A stretch of 64,000 nt of DNA from Bacteroidales bacterium UBA5433 (lineage in GTDB: Bacteria > Bacteroidota > Bacteroidia > Bacteroidales > UBA932), in contig DIRP01000002.1 of NCBI GenBank assembly GCA_002427525.1, forward strand, positions 16,997 to 80,996, given 5' to 3'. Made by a program: the position numbers and the translations under genes. The notes below the pieces were generated by a model that saw only the letters and a program-made list of their open reading frames with translations, searched no databases and was not told the DNA's origin. This document shows, one piece after another, positions 10,201 to 18,597 of this stretch (position 1 is its first letter; every line of letters starts with the position of its first letter).

Positions 10201-10553
10201 TCTGTTGTCATGGTAATGGTATACCGGCTGAACTCTTCGGGAAGGAAATGAAGGATGGCTTGCCGGACAAGGGGTATTTTTTCTTCCCGTATGGGGTAAT
10301 CTGCCATGCCGTTTGAAAAGCGGAAAGTCAGCACCCGGTGTTTATTATCGATTTCAATATTCCGGATACTAATACGGGAGATACGCATTACTCCGTCTGA
10401 AAGAAGCACCTGCAAAGAATCGGTCAGGTTCCTGACTGCCGTACTGTCCGGCAGAGGATACAATGCATGGTTTCGGGCAAACTGATTGCTCTGTGCCAGT
10501 GCGCCAATAGTGAAACATGTGAAAGTCAGCAATAAAAGGATACGATTTTTCAT
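7257..10553 (-). CDS. Large exported N-acetylmuramoyl-L-alanine amidase-like / Fn3 protein (family often labelled 'xanthan lyase' in Bacteroidetes)
   Basis: Signal peptide. Amidase_3-like Zn motifs (IALWHSHG, TVED, AFHTDA, MLLELLSH) are interrupted by a golvesin/CBM-like domain (GEYAVYVSY, VNQQMGGGTWVYLG, ADAVKFGGG). Fn3 domain (YSFKVTAVNAGGES). Confidence 0.7.
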   Translation of the reverse strand: MKNRILLLLTFTCFTIGALAQSNQFARNHALYPLPDSTAVRNLTDSLQVLLSDGVMRISRISIRNIEIDNKHRVLTFRFSNGMADYPIREEKIPLVRQAILHFLPEEFSRYTITMTTDGKKLEELIPAYYNTQYQPLTKKQLDKNKKDHAAAVNPGKKPPVQQKPRQGTPKEIALQQQLAARQAAVNRQKEKALEQQKKDMRKRNRHQWPDLGPTPLIIKENKPYNITNGLQNRHIALWHSHGLYYEQKLARWEWQRARLFQTVEDLYTMSYVLPFLVPMLENAGATVLLPRERDTQVHEVLVDNDDPSSGYSEQSGTYLWRTDETDPRGFANKKDVYTHVDNPFRMGTYRRVTTHNPNLSKRASMQPAFAEWVPQIPQAGEYAVYVSYASIPESARDARYTVHHKGGKDVFRVNQQMGGGTWVYLGTFFFDEGRNMHGKVTLSNESREVNAVVTADAVKFGGGMGNIGRFIQDTFLLASYGNIDISPQISNYPRFTEGSRYWLQWAGFADSVYTYYEGTNDYNDDFSSRGRWVNALAGGSEKYPGNPGLHIPVDLSLAFHTDAGTTKNDSIIGTLAIYTRDSDGTELLPTGHSRMTSRDLTDLVQTQIVDDIRREWNPDWTRRGIWNRSYAESRSAQVPSMLLELLSHQNFADMRYGLDPRFRFTVSRAIYKGMLRYLSHSLGFDYCVQPLPVRAPAVELKTPGTALLTWIPVTDSLEPTATAEGYVVYTRKGDLSQPFDSGMYVASNRAEIPIEPGIHYSFKVTAVNAGGESFPSETVSLYKVPGEEEKGKVLIVNGFTRVSAPDSFASEDTLFAGFLDKSDHGVPYLRDISYIGSQFQFRRTIPWKDDDAPGFGASHADWEKAVLPGNTFDYPIVHGMCFAQEGYTYVTSSLDAFNASEGYEDYFAIDVILGKQKHVLRGGTETGKADFATFPAALQQQLTKYAENGGNLLLSGSYVTSDLWEGPKPDTLSQQFAKEVLKVEHRSNRATHTGEVIASPSPFPAFYKGIPAHAADFTFYTQLNQHSYPAESPDAFEPATEDAYTILRYRENRLSAGVAWEGDYKVITLGFPLETISSHRERLQLVQQCLDFFQTDK

Positions 10554-10574
10554 AACAAGGGTTTAAACAAACAA

Positions 10575-10591
10575 CAAATATAATAACTTTG
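10575..10591. promoter_or_regulatory. Back-to-back Bacteroidetes -7 promoter boxes (TAnnTTTG)
   Basis: TATATTTG on the minus strand (10582-10575) and TAACTTTG on the plus strand (10584-10591), between divergent genes. Confidence 0.6.
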
Positions 10592-10596
10592 CCTTC

Positions 10597-11733
10597 ATGA
10601 AAATACGTAAGGTTTTACCGGTACTGGGCTTTAGCCTGTTTTTGTTGTTACTCTTTAAGCTGTTTCCGGTTTTGATGGATACCGTTTACAGCAGTTTTTT
10701 ATACAGGTACGTAGCACAGGGTGTGTCTGTAATTATGGCCTTTTTTCCTTTTTCCCTTGCCGAGGTGGTTCTTTTTCTTACTGTTTTTTTTCTGCTCTTT
10801 TTTTTGGTGAAAGCAGTGGTTTTGCTTATCAGACTTCCGTTTGCACAGGTGTGGGTCCGGTGGAAAGTTTGGCTGCGCAACCTGCTGGTGCTCTTTTTAT
10901 ACGGGGTTTCCGTGTTTCTGCTTACCTGCGGTGTTCATTACCACCGTGTACCCCTGGAGAATCACCTGGGGTATCCGAAGGAGCAGGCTTCTGCTGAAGA
11001 ATTGGCTGCGTTGGCCTTTGATTTGGTACAGGAGGTGAATCTGGCCGGTTCTTATACCCGACGTAATATAAACGGGGATATGATTCCCAGTGAGACGTTT
11101 GACGGGTATAAAAAAGCCATTGCGCTGGCGTATGATTCACTGGCTGTTACATCGGGACTTGCGGTACATGGCAGGTTCCCGGCTACCAAACAGGTATTTG
11201 TTTCCAAGGGCATGTCTTACGCTTTTTTGAGCGGCTTTTTCTTTCCGTGGACGTTGGAAGCCAACATTAACAAAGATGTTCCCATTTTTCGAATGCCGGC
11301 CATCATGGCGCACGAACAGGCACATGTACGTGGCTTTATGCGGGAAAATGAAGCCAATTTTCTGACGTACCTGATTGCCCGCCATACCAGAAACGGTGAT
11401 TTGAAGTATTCGTGCTTGCTGCTGTCTTTTAATTACGTGATGAACGCTCTTTACAAGGCGTCAAAAGAACAGCACCGGGAAGTCCTGGAAAAACTTTCTC
11501 CGCGGGTTTTGCACGATTTGCGCAGCGAGCAGGCATACTGGGAAAAATACCGTACCTCTTTTGCCGTTGCATCACAAAAGATCAACAATGCCTATTTGAA
11601 AGCCAATGCACAGCATGATGGAGTTGCCAGTTACGGCAGGGTAATAGACATGATGGTCTCTGAACATAAAATGCACCGGAAAGAAATGCAACAAAATCAG
11701 GACACTTCCGTTCATATAGTTGAAGGCATTTAA
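10597..11733 (+). CDS. DUF3810-family membrane-anchored putative metallopeptidase
   Basis: N-terminal TM helices with FPFSLAE; GFFFPWTLEANIN; AHEQAH (HExxH) followed by GFMRENEANF; YLKANAQ..GVASYG. Confidence 0.75.
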   Translation: MKIRKVLPVLGFSLFLLLLFKLFPVLMDTVYSSFLYRYVAQGVSVIMAFFPFSLAEVVLFLTVFFLLFFLVKAVVLLIRLPFAQVWVRWKVWLRNLLVLFLYGVSVFLLTCGVHYHRVPLENHLGYPKEQASAEELAALAFDLVQEVNLAGSYTRRNINGDMIPSETFDGYKKAIALAYDSLAVTSGLAVHGRFPATKQVFVSKGMSYAFLSGFFFPWTLEANINKDVPIFRMPAIMAHEQAHVRGFMRENEANFLTYLIARHTRNGDLKYSCLLLSFNYVMNALYKASKEQHREVLEKLSPRVLHDLRSEQAYWEKYRTSFAVASQKINNAYLKANAQHDGVASYGRVIDMMVSEHKMHRKEMQQNQDTSVHIVEGI

Positions 11734-11746
11734 TAACGGAACAGGC

Positions 11747-12301
11747 ATGGATCAGGCATCCTTTTACAGGGAGCACCACAAAAGCATTTATTACACGTGT
11801 TTGCGGATAGTACGCTCTCCCAGGGATGCCGAGGAATGTATGCACGATGCCTTTGTTAAATTGTTTACAAGGGGCAACATGCACTATATCAATGATAAAG
11901 CTTGTTACGGCTGGCTAAAAAAAGTAGCAGTACGGGGGGCTATTGACCGTTTGCGCTCCCTGGACTTCAGGATGGCAAAAGAAACAGAACGCATTGACAG
12001 CCAAGTAGTGAACCGGGTTTTCGACGGGGAGGAACCGGACGGTACAACAAACGCGGAAGAAAAAGGGGAGCAGGCAGCAGCCTTGGTTGTTCTGATAAAG
12101 GAATTGCTCCATTCTTTTCCTTCGGGGTACCGCACCATTTTAAGCCTTTACCTTTTTGAAGGGTATGATTTTGAGGAAATAGCAGAAATAACAAAACTAA
12201 AGCCGGCTTCTGTCAGGAGTGCCTACAGCCGTGGCAGAAGAAAGCTTCAGGAAGAAATACAGCATCATGGATTCGTTACAGGCATTTATTCAGGAAAATA
12301 A
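11747..12301 (+). CDS. RNA polymerase ECF-type sigma-70 factor
   Basis: Region 2 DAEECMHDAFVK...WLKKVAV; region 4 GYRTILSLYLFEGYDFEEIA. ATG 11747 preferred over TTG 11720. Confidence 0.9.
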   Translation: MDQASFYREHHKSIYYTCLRIVRSPRDAEECMHDAFVKLFTRGNMHYINDKACYGWLKKVAVRGAIDRLRSLDFRMAKETERIDSQVVNRVFDGEEPDGTTNAEEKGEQAAALVVLIKELLHSFPSGYRTILSLYLFEGYDFEEIAEITKLKPASVRSAYSRGRRKLQEEIQHHGFVTGIYSGK

Positions 12302-12722
12302 GGAATTGTTTGAACAGGAACCGCTTCCTGACGGACACGAAATCCGCTTTGCGGAACGGTTAAAAAAGAGAAAACAAAGGAAATCTAAGGTGCTAATCTA
12401 TAGCTCTGTAGCAGCTTCATTGCTACTAATGATTACGGTAGCTATTCACTTGAGTAAACCGTGTTTGACAGGCTCAGGCAGTTGTTACTACCAACAAATC
12501 ACCCGGCTTTCGGACCAGATTGAGCGGAGTACACGAGATCTTCCGGAGTACCGGCGCAGGGAAATACTTTTAACTGTGGCATCCATCTTGCCGTATTCAA
12601 AAGAAGAGTTCTCTGAAATGCTCCCTTCAGAAGTAAATAGCAAAGATGCAAAACGCTTAAATAAAGAATATTACCAGCAGTTATATGAAGGAATGAAAGA
12701 GATTGCAACATTAACAAAATAA
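12267..12722 (+). CDS. Putative anti-sigma factor (single TM)
   Basis: Overlaps the ECF gene. N-terminal PDGHEIRFAERL is followed by the TM segment SVAASLLLMITVAI. Confidence 0.6.
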   Translation: MDSLQAFIQENKELFEQEPLPDGHEIRFAERLKKRKQRKSKVLIYSSVAASLLLMITVAIHLSKPCLTGSGSCYYQQITRLSDQIERSTRDLPEYRRREILLTVASILPYSKEEFSEMLPSEVNSKDAKRLNKEYYQQLYEGMKEIATLTK

Positions 12723-12733
12723 ATTAGTGAATT

Positions 12734-13555
12734 ATGAAAAAATATGTAGTATTAGCAGCAACCCTTATCTGCGGCACATGGCTGTGGGGAAAGGAAACGG
12801 TTACCCGGCATTACCAGCTGGAACCTTTTACTTCCATTGATGCTTCCTTCTTGTACCAGATAGAGGTGGTAAAAGGCACGGCTTGCGAAATGGAATTGGA
12901 AATTCCGGAAGATCTGGTTAACGATTTGACCATCAAAGTATCTAAAAATACATTGTACCTGGGAGTAACCAGAGAATGGTGGCGTACAACAAAGAATGCC
13001 TTTAACAAAAGGTACGCGATTACGGCACGTATTACCATGCCGGAACTGGAGGGTGTTTCTTTGTCCAATGCCGCCCGGCTTTTTGCCAAAGATGGCTTTA
13101 TGCCGGATAATTTTCAGATCAAACTAACCGGGGCATCCGAGGCTTCTATTCACGTAATTACACATACAGTAAACGTTGATATAAATGGAGCTTCTAAATT
13201 AGAGATGAATGGATTGGCAGCTGAAACAAAAGCGTATGTCAACGGGGCCTCTTCCTTGAAATATTACCAGGAAACAAACACAATGGATGTGCAGGCTGGT
13301 GGGGCATCCGCCGTGGTCCTTTCCGGAAGCTCTGTATCTGCTGTTCTCAAAATTTCAGGTGCCAGCAGCGTCAAGGCTTTTGATTTTGAAACGGAAGATG
13401 TAGTTGTAAAGTGTTCAGGAGCTTCAAAAGCAGAGATTTTTGCGACAAATACCATTGCGGTGACCGCTTCCGGTGCTTCTGCTGTTCGTGTTAAGGGCAA
13501 TCCCAGGTATAGTAAGTCATCATCTACCGGTGCTTCGGTTATCAAACCTTATTAA
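12734..13555 (+). CDS. GIN-domain / DUF2807 beta-helix protein
   Basis: Signal peptide, FTSIDAS, and multiple (S/N/T)GAS repeats about 19 aa apart ending VKGNP. Confidence 0.8.
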   Translation: MKKYVVLAATLICGTWLWGKETVTRHYQLEPFTSIDASFLYQIEVVKGTACEMELEIPEDLVNDLTIKVSKNTLYLGVTREWWRTTKNAFNKRYAITARITMPELEGVSLSNAARLFAKDGFMPDNFQIKLTGASEASIHVITHTVNVDINGASKLEMNGLAAETKAYVNGASSLKYYQETNTMDVQAGGASAVVLSGSSVSAVLKISGASSVKAFDFETEDVVVKCSGASKAEIFATNTIAVTASGASAVRVKGNPRYSKSSSTGASVIKPY

Positions 13556-13564
13556 CAGAGCGTT

Positions 13565-14407
13565 ATGAAAAGAACAGCTACATTATTTGTTTTGCTTACA
13601 CTTGTAAGCACGTTGGCTTTTGCTCAAAAGGAAGTTATTGAAAAAAGGCAGTTTCAACCGGGTATTTTTACCGGAGTGGATTTGTCGGGAATTGTGCATG
13701 TGGTCATTGAAAAATCAGATGTACATACTTTGTCTGTTGAAACGTATGCAGACGTATTCGATTACCTGAAGGTCACAAACCGCAATGGCGTACTCTGTAT
13801 TGGGTTGCAAGACGGAGGGCTTCCAAAGTCTATACAGCGGAAATACAAAGATTTAGAGGTGTTATGTAAAGTAACACTTCCGGAATTGAAATGGATTCAG
13901 ACGAGTGGGGTGGTCCACCTTTCCGTCCGGGATGCTTTCCGGACAGACAAGATGGAAATTGAATTATCGGGTGTCACCAAAGTAGATATGAAGTACCTGG
14001 AATGTAATGAGTTGGAAATTGAGGTTTCCGGAGTTTCTGAAATCAGCCTGTACGGCCAGACAGATCAATTGAGTGCAGAATTGAGCGGGGCTTCCAAGGG
14101 ATATTTTTCGTTGGAAGGAAAAACCCTTACATTTGCAGCGGTAAAGCTAAGCGGCACCGGGAAGCTAACGCTTGAAGGGAAAGCGGTGCGGGCAGATTTG
14201 GATGCCAGCGGAACAGCAGCATTTGAAGGAGGAGGGTTTGAAGTTGAGTCCATGAGGGCGGCGGTCAGCGGGGTCTCAAAGGCCCGGGTACGGGTGCTGG
14301 GATCATTGGAACCAACACTTTCAGGTGCTTCCAAACTGCATTACAACAGGCAGGCCCGGCTTAGGAATGTAAATACAAGCGGTGCATCACGATTGACTTA
14401 TTATTGA
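13565..14407 (+). CDS. GIN-domain / DUF2807 beta-helix protein (paralog)
   Basis: Signal peptide AFA-Q, FTGVDLSG, repeated SGV/SGAS units. Confidence 0.8.
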   Translation: MKRTATLFVLLTLVSTLAFAQKEVIEKRQFQPGIFTGVDLSGIVHVVIEKSDVHTLSVETYADVFDYLKVTNRNGVLCIGLQDGGLPKSIQRKYKDLEVLCKVTLPELKWIQTSGVVHLSVRDAFRTDKMEIELSGVTKVDMKYLECNELEIEVSGVSEISLYGQTDQLSAELSGASKGYFSLEGKTLTFAAVKLSGTGKLTLEGKAVRADLDASGTAAFEGGGFEVESMRAAVSGVSKARVRVLGSLEPTLSGASKLHYNRQARLRNVNTSGASRLTYY

Positions 14408-14433
14408 TATAAAAACCATTGACCGGAAATACC

Positions 14434-15516
14434 ATGACAGCAAAAGAAATCCATGACTCAATCTTTGTACTTGATTCCCATTGCGATACACCCATACTAT
14501 TGCGCAGAAAAGGCGTAGATATCGGCCAAAAATTGCAGACGGGACACGTAGATTTGGTAAGAATGAAAGAAGGAGGCCTGGATGCCTCGTTCTTTGCTAT
14601 TTACGTTTCCAACAAATGGGAGCCATACGAGTGTACGTTCAAAGCATTGGAGGCATGTGCTTCTGTTTACGACGTTTTGGACCGCCATCCGGACAAAGTG
14701 GGGTTGGCCACCAATGCCAAAACGGCCCGGGAATTGAAGAAACAAGGCCGGATTGCCCTCTTCCTGGGAATGGAGAATGCAGGCCCCATTCATAAAGACC
14801 TGTCTTTATTGCGTTTGTTCCACAAGCTGGGTGTTCGTTATATAACCCTTACGCATACGGGTAATAACGAAGTCTGCGACAGTTCGGCAACTAAGGAAAA
14901 GCGTTGGAACGGAGTAAGTCCCTTTGGCAGGGAATTGATTGCAGAGATGAACCGGCTGGGTATCCTGGTGGACGTGGCCCATATTTCTGATGCGGCTTTT
15001 TATGATGTTTTGAAATATTCCACGCGTCCGGTAGTATCAACCCACTCTTGCTGCAGAGCTTTATGTGATGTTCCCAGAAATCTTACAGATCAGATGATTA
15101 AAGATTTGGCTGCACAAGGAGGTGTGTTGCAGGTTACGTTCTATCCTACGTTTCTTGATAAAGAATATTCAGTAGCTGCAGGGCCTTTGCTGGATGCCTA
15201 CGAAGAAGCACAGGATTTGTATGATGCTGACCCCGTCGCCAACGAAAAATGCCTTAAAGAGGCTGAAAAGGCCCTTTTTGCACTGCCCAGACCTTCTTAC
15301 AAGAAAGTGGTAGATCACATTGACCATGTTGTGGGCCTGGTAGGGCCTGACCATGTGGGGTTTGGGTCTGATTTTGATGGTATTGACGTATGTCCGGCCG
15401 GCCTGGAAGACGTATCGTACATCCCCGTGCTTACAGAAGAACTCCATGCCCGGGGATATACACCCCGGGATATAGAGAAAATCATGGGAGGAAATTTCCT
15501 GCGTTTGCTGGAATAA
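14434..15516 (+). CDS. Membrane dipeptidase (peptidase M19)
   Basis: DSHCDTP, GMEN, GVRYITLTH, VDVAHISD, THS, RNLTD, DHIDH, GSDFDG, GGNFLR. Confidence 0.92.
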   Translation: MTAKEIHDSIFVLDSHCDTPILLRRKGVDIGQKLQTGHVDLVRMKEGGLDASFFAIYVSNKWEPYECTFKALEACASVYDVLDRHPDKVGLATNAKTARELKKQGRIALFLGMENAGPIHKDLSLLRLFHKLGVRYITLTHTGNNEVCDSSATKEKRWNGVSPFGRELIAEMNRLGILVDVAHISDAAFYDVLKYSTRPVVSTHSCCRALCDVPRNLTDQMIKDLAAQGGVLQVTFYPTFLDKEYSVAAGPLLDAYEEAQDLYDADPVANEKCLKEAEKALFALPRPSYKKVVDHIDHVVGLVGPDHVGFGSDFDGIDVCPAGLEDVSYIPVLTEELHARGYTPRDIEKIMGGNFLRLLE

Positions 15517-15543
15517 TCAGGTCGTTCGCCGGGATAATCAGGT
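15502..15543 (+). repeat. Imperfect 21-bp tandem duplication spanning the dipeptidase stop codon
   Basis: CGTTTGCTGGAATAATCAGGT is followed directly by CGTTCGCCGGGATAATCAGGT. Confidence 0.7.
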
Positions 15544-15544
15544 T

Positions 15545-16636
15545 TTACAGAAGACCGGCCGTGTGCAGGATATTTTCCAGCGCTTCCACGGTTTCTTCCC
15601 GTTCAAAGTCTCGGGTAGAGAAAATCAGAAGCAGGACTTCCGATTCAGGATACCTGCCCGCATATATCTTAAAACCGCCGTTATCGCCTGTATGGAAAAT
15701 CTTTTCTTTTCCGTAAGCTTGTCCAACAAACCAGCCGTATCCGTAGCCTGTATCGGGGAGATCTGTTGCTATATGAGCCGTGTGGGCACTTTCCGTCATT
15801 TCGGTTCCCAGCAGGGTGTTGTTTCTTAGGGCCAGTTCCCACTGCATGAATTCTTCTACAGACGTGTACAAAGCACCGTCTGCCTTGGAAGCAAAGAACG
15901 AGGTTTCTCCGTAGTCGTACTCATCCCATGTTTCGGTTTGTTCATTAAAACGGTAGCCGTGTGCCATGCGGGGAATCTCTCGTCCTTCTTCAAAATACAC
16001 GGTTTCCGGCATACCGGCCGTGTCAAAAATAACTTCTCTCATGTACGTTTCAAAAGGCATACCGGACGCTTGTTCAATCACAGTATACAGGAGCTGGAAT
16101 GTTGGGTTCATGTATTCGTAGGAAGTTCCCGGTTCAAAATTCAGAAAACTTAGTGTGTCCAGGTAGGAATACGATTCAACATCGGTTGAATGGTATACGT
16201 ATGCGCTGTCTGTACGCGGCCTGACATCGGGTATTCCGGAGGTATGCGACAGCAGGTGTTTCAGGGTTATGTCGTTGAAAAACTTTGCCTTAAAATGAGG
16301 GAAAAACTTTGAGACAGGATCTTCCAATGACAGTTTCCCTTCTTCTGCCAGACGCAGTGTGGCAAGGGCGGCAAACTGCTTGGAAACAGAGGCAATACAA
16401 AAGAATGTTTCAGGTGTAACTTGTGTGACGGGGTCTGTTGTTGCCAATCCGTATCCTTTTTTCAGCAGGACACGGTCTCCTTTCAAAAGAAGAACAGCTC
16501 CTCCCGGTTCTTCAGCAGGCCATAGGGTAACCAGCAGGTCATCTATTTGTTGAACAGCTTTATCAGCCCTGTTGTTGCAGGCAGCAAGCAGGAGGCCCAA
16601 AGCCATAAACAGTACGGTAATGTGTTTTCCAGACAT
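15545..16636 (-). CDS. Serine hydrolase, beta-lactamase/AmpC-like lipoprotein
   Basis: Lipobox LAAC, SxxK (SVSK), LLSHTSG, YxN (YMN), HTG. Confidence 0.88.
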   Translation of the reverse strand: MSGKHITVLFMALGLLLAACNNRADKAVQQIDDLLVTLWPAEEPGGAVLLLKGDRVLLKKGYGLATTDPVTQVTPETFFCIASVSKQFAALATLRLAEEGKLSLEDPVSKFFPHFKAKFFNDITLKHLLSHTSGIPDVRPRTDSAYVYHSTDVESYSYLDTLSFLNFEPGTSYEYMNPTFQLLYTVIEQASGMPFETYMREVIFDTAGMPETVYFEEGREIPRMAHGYRFNEQTETWDEYDYGETSFFASKADGALYTSVEEFMQWELALRNNTLLGTEMTESAHTAHIATDLPDTGYGYGWFVGQAYGKEKIFHTGDNGGFKIYAGRYPESEVLLLIFSTRDFEREETVEALENILHTAGLL

Positions 16637-16658
16637 AAAGCAAAAGATTAAGTAAATG

Positions 16659-17684
16659 TTATTTGTCTATATATTTCAGTATTTTACGTACAAAACCCGG
16701 ACCTTCGTAGATAAATCCGGTATAGATCTGGATTAGCGAGGCTCCGGCATCCAGCATATCCTTGGCATCTTGCGGTGACATAATACCGCCCACTCCAATA
16801 ATCGGAAGGTTTCCTTCTGTTTTTTCATGGATGTACCGGATGGCTGCCAGAGCTTTCTCTTTTAAGGGGGCACCGCTCAAACCTCCGTCCCCAATAGCTT
16901 TTACCTTGTTTTTTCCTGTTACAAGTCCTTCTCTGGAGGTGGTGGTATTGCATGCAATGACACCGTCCAGACCGGAAAGCATAATCACTTCAATCAATTC
17001 GTCCATCATAGCCGGAGTCAGGTCGGGAGAAATCTTTAGCAGTATGGGCCTGTACACGTCACAATACCTGCGGATGTCAGTAAGGTGCCTGATAATCTGT
17101 GTTAAATCACTGACTGATTGCAAACTGCGTAAATCCTTAACATTGGGACAGCTTACGTTGATTACAAAATAATCTACATAATCGTACAACTGGGCAAAAG
17201 CTTTTTCAAAATCTTTGTATGCCAGGTCATTGGGTGTTGTTGTGTTTTTAGAGATGTTGCCGCCAATCAGTACACCCGGTTTCGTTTTTCGCAAGTTGCT
17301 GATTGTGTTTTTTACACCCAGATTGTTGATTCCCATTCTGTTAACAAGGGCTTTGTCCTTAACAAGCCTGAAACTCCTGGGTTTGGGATTTCCCGGTTGG
17401 GGCAGGGGTGTTACAGATCCCACTTCAATGAATCCAAAACCCAAAGCCCCCAGCTGGTTGTAAGCTGTAGCGTTTTTGTCAAGGCCTGCAGCCAATCCCA
17501 CGGGATTTGGGAAATCTATTCCCATGACCCGGCGGTGCAATGTAGGGGAGTCGTAAGAAAAAAACAATTTGAGAAGCCGGGTTCCGAAAGGAATGTATTT
17601 CAACGCTCCCAGGGCTTTAAAAGTAAATTTATGTGCTGTTTCCGGCGGCAGCAGGAACAACAGCGGCCTGATGAGTTTGTACAT
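16659..17684 (-). CDS. pyrD: Quinone-dependent dihydroorotate dehydrogenase (class 2)
   Basis: PETAH, NPVGLAAGLDK, QPGNPKPR, NRMG.NN, NVSCPN, LKISPD, GGLSG, IIGVGGI. Confidence 0.96.
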   Translation of the reverse strand: MYKLIRPLLFLLPPETAHKFTFKALGALKYIPFGTRLLKLFFSYDSPTLHRRVMGIDFPNPVGLAAGLDKNATAYNQLGALGFGFIEVGSVTPLPQPGNPKPRSFRLVKDKALVNRMGINNLGVKNTISNLRKTKPGVLIGGNISKNTTTPNDLAYKDFEKAFAQLYDYVDYFVINVSCPNVKDLRSLQSVSDLTQIIRHLTDIRRYCDVYRPILLKISPDLTPAMMDELIEVIMLSGLDGVIACNTTTSREGLVTGKNKVKAIGDGGLSGAPLKEKALAAIRYIHEKTEGNLPIIGVGGIMSPQDAKDMLDAGASLIQIYTGFIYEGPGFVRKILKYIDK

Positions 17685-17718
17685 ACGTGCGCAATTTAGG
17701 TTACCTGATGATGCGCAG

Positions 17719-17726
17719 CAAAGATA
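17719..17726 (-). promoter_or_regulatory. Bacteroidetes -7 promoter box for pyrD
   Basis: TATCTTTG on the minus strand, about 35 bp upstream of the ATG. Confidence 0.6.
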
Positions 17727-17763
17727 GCTGTTTAATGCGAATAGTCAACCGGCAAACAGGCCA

Positions 17764-18258
17764 TTATTTATCGGGGATAAACTCAGAAAAGGTATTGTCT
17801 GAATAGAATAACAGTACTTTTTCAAGTTTGGGGCTTGCTGCGGGTACGTGTACCTGAGGTGGCATTTGCTGTTGCTGTTGCTGTTCCGGTTGCCGTCCCA
17901 GCTGTTGTCCCAGCTGTTGATCTTGCTGTTGTTGTTGTTCTTGTTGTTGTTGTTCAGGTTGTTGCAGGGATTGCACAGGTGAGAAAATGTCTTGTTCTGT
18001 TGTCGGCACAGCGCTTTCTTCAACCGGGAACAACTCTGCAGACTTTATCTCTTTATACATTTTTCCTTTGCCTGTCATCAACCATTCAGCGTTTAGGGAA
18101 GGGTAGCAAAGTAACATGCTTTCGATAAAATCAAATCCCGGCTTGTTTCTTCCTGCCAGGACGTGGGATACGCCCGAGCGTTGTATGCCAATCCGGTCTG
18201 CAAAGCGGGCCGGTGTAAGGTCTTCAGCCTGTAAAAATTGTTGCAAACGAGTTTTCAT
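17764..18258 (-). CDS. XRE-family helix-turn-helix DNA-binding protein with polyQ linker
   Basis: FADRIGIQRSGVSHVLAGRNKPGFD...NAEWLMTGKG, a Q-rich linker, and C-terminal KVLLFYSDNTF. Start placed at ATG 18258; the upstream extension in the ORF track runs through the regulatory repeats. Confidence 0.88.
   Translation of the reverse strand: MKTRLQQFLQAEDLTPARFADRIGIQRSGVSHVLAGRNKPGFDFIESMLLCYPSLNAEWLMTGKGKMYKEIKSAELFPVEESAVPTTEQDIFSPVQSLQQPEQQQQEQQQQQDQQLGQQLGRQPEQQQQQQMPPQVHVPAASPKLEKVLLFYSDNTFSEFIPDK
17866..17964 (-). repeat. CAA/CAG-rich low-complexity tract encoding polyglutamine
   Basis: Encodes QQPEQQQQEQQQQQDQQLGQQLGRQPEQQQQQQ and includes a 12-bp tandem duplication (QQLG x2). Confidence 0.9.
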
Positions 18259-18274
18259 AATTGGATACAAATTT

Positions 18275-18334
18275 TTACAAATGTAACATAAATAATGTTT
18301 ACAAATGTAGAGATATGGTAAAATACATATGTAA
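18275..18334. repeat. Three copies of the palindrome TTACAnnTGTAA at exact 24-bp spacing
   Basis: TTACAAATGTAA at 18275, TTACAAATGTAG at 18299, ATACATATGTAA at 18323. Confidence 0.85.
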
Positions 18335-18455
18335 ACTTTAAATAAAAGATCTATTACAGAATACTTGACTGTCAATAACATCAGGAAGTTTTCAGAGCAG
18401 GCTCTCTATAAGATGTAATACTATAGATAAATTATGTAAAATACAGGGTTTTAAG

Positions 18456-18499
18456 TGTGTATAAACTTATATTCACTTAAACAACACGGTTTATCCACA
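18456..18499. promoter_or_regulatory. Pair of consensus DnaA boxes in an AT-rich intergenic region (candidate oriC or DnaA-regulated site)
   Basis: TGTGTATAA at 18456-18464 (TTATACACA on minus) and TTATCCACA at 18491-18499. One-mismatch boxes at 18561 and 18741. Confidence 0.55.
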
Positions 18500-18597
18500 A
18501 AACAGAGCAAAATGAAGAAAAGTACCTATAGAAATAGTATAAATAAATTCATTAAAATACTGGGTATAAGCATATTAATTTGCAATAAAAGTAAGAT

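Noticed and set aside
8901..10316. 471-aa plus-strand ORF
   Set aside because: Lies entirely antisense to the 1098-aa amidase-like gene and has no recognisable motifs; a shadow ORF.
15545..16636. Acquired beta-lactamase resistance gene
   Set aside because: Generic AmpC-like serine hydrolase (HTG triad) with no mobile context; resistance cannot be inferred.
17745..18128. Poly-N and poly-V/A ORFs
   Set aside because: Alternative frames of the polyQ tract.
18259..18381. 41-aa N-terminal extension of the HTH ORF
   Set aside because: It is the translation of the regulatory repeats (YICK units) from a non-ATG start; ATG 18258 begins the HTH domain.
18415..18442. dif-like site (TTATGTAAAAT resembles the XerD arm); similar partial match at 18281-18308 on minus
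   Set aside because: XerC arms match poorly, and such matches are expected in very AT-rich DNA. Worth revisiting only if GC skew places the terminus here.
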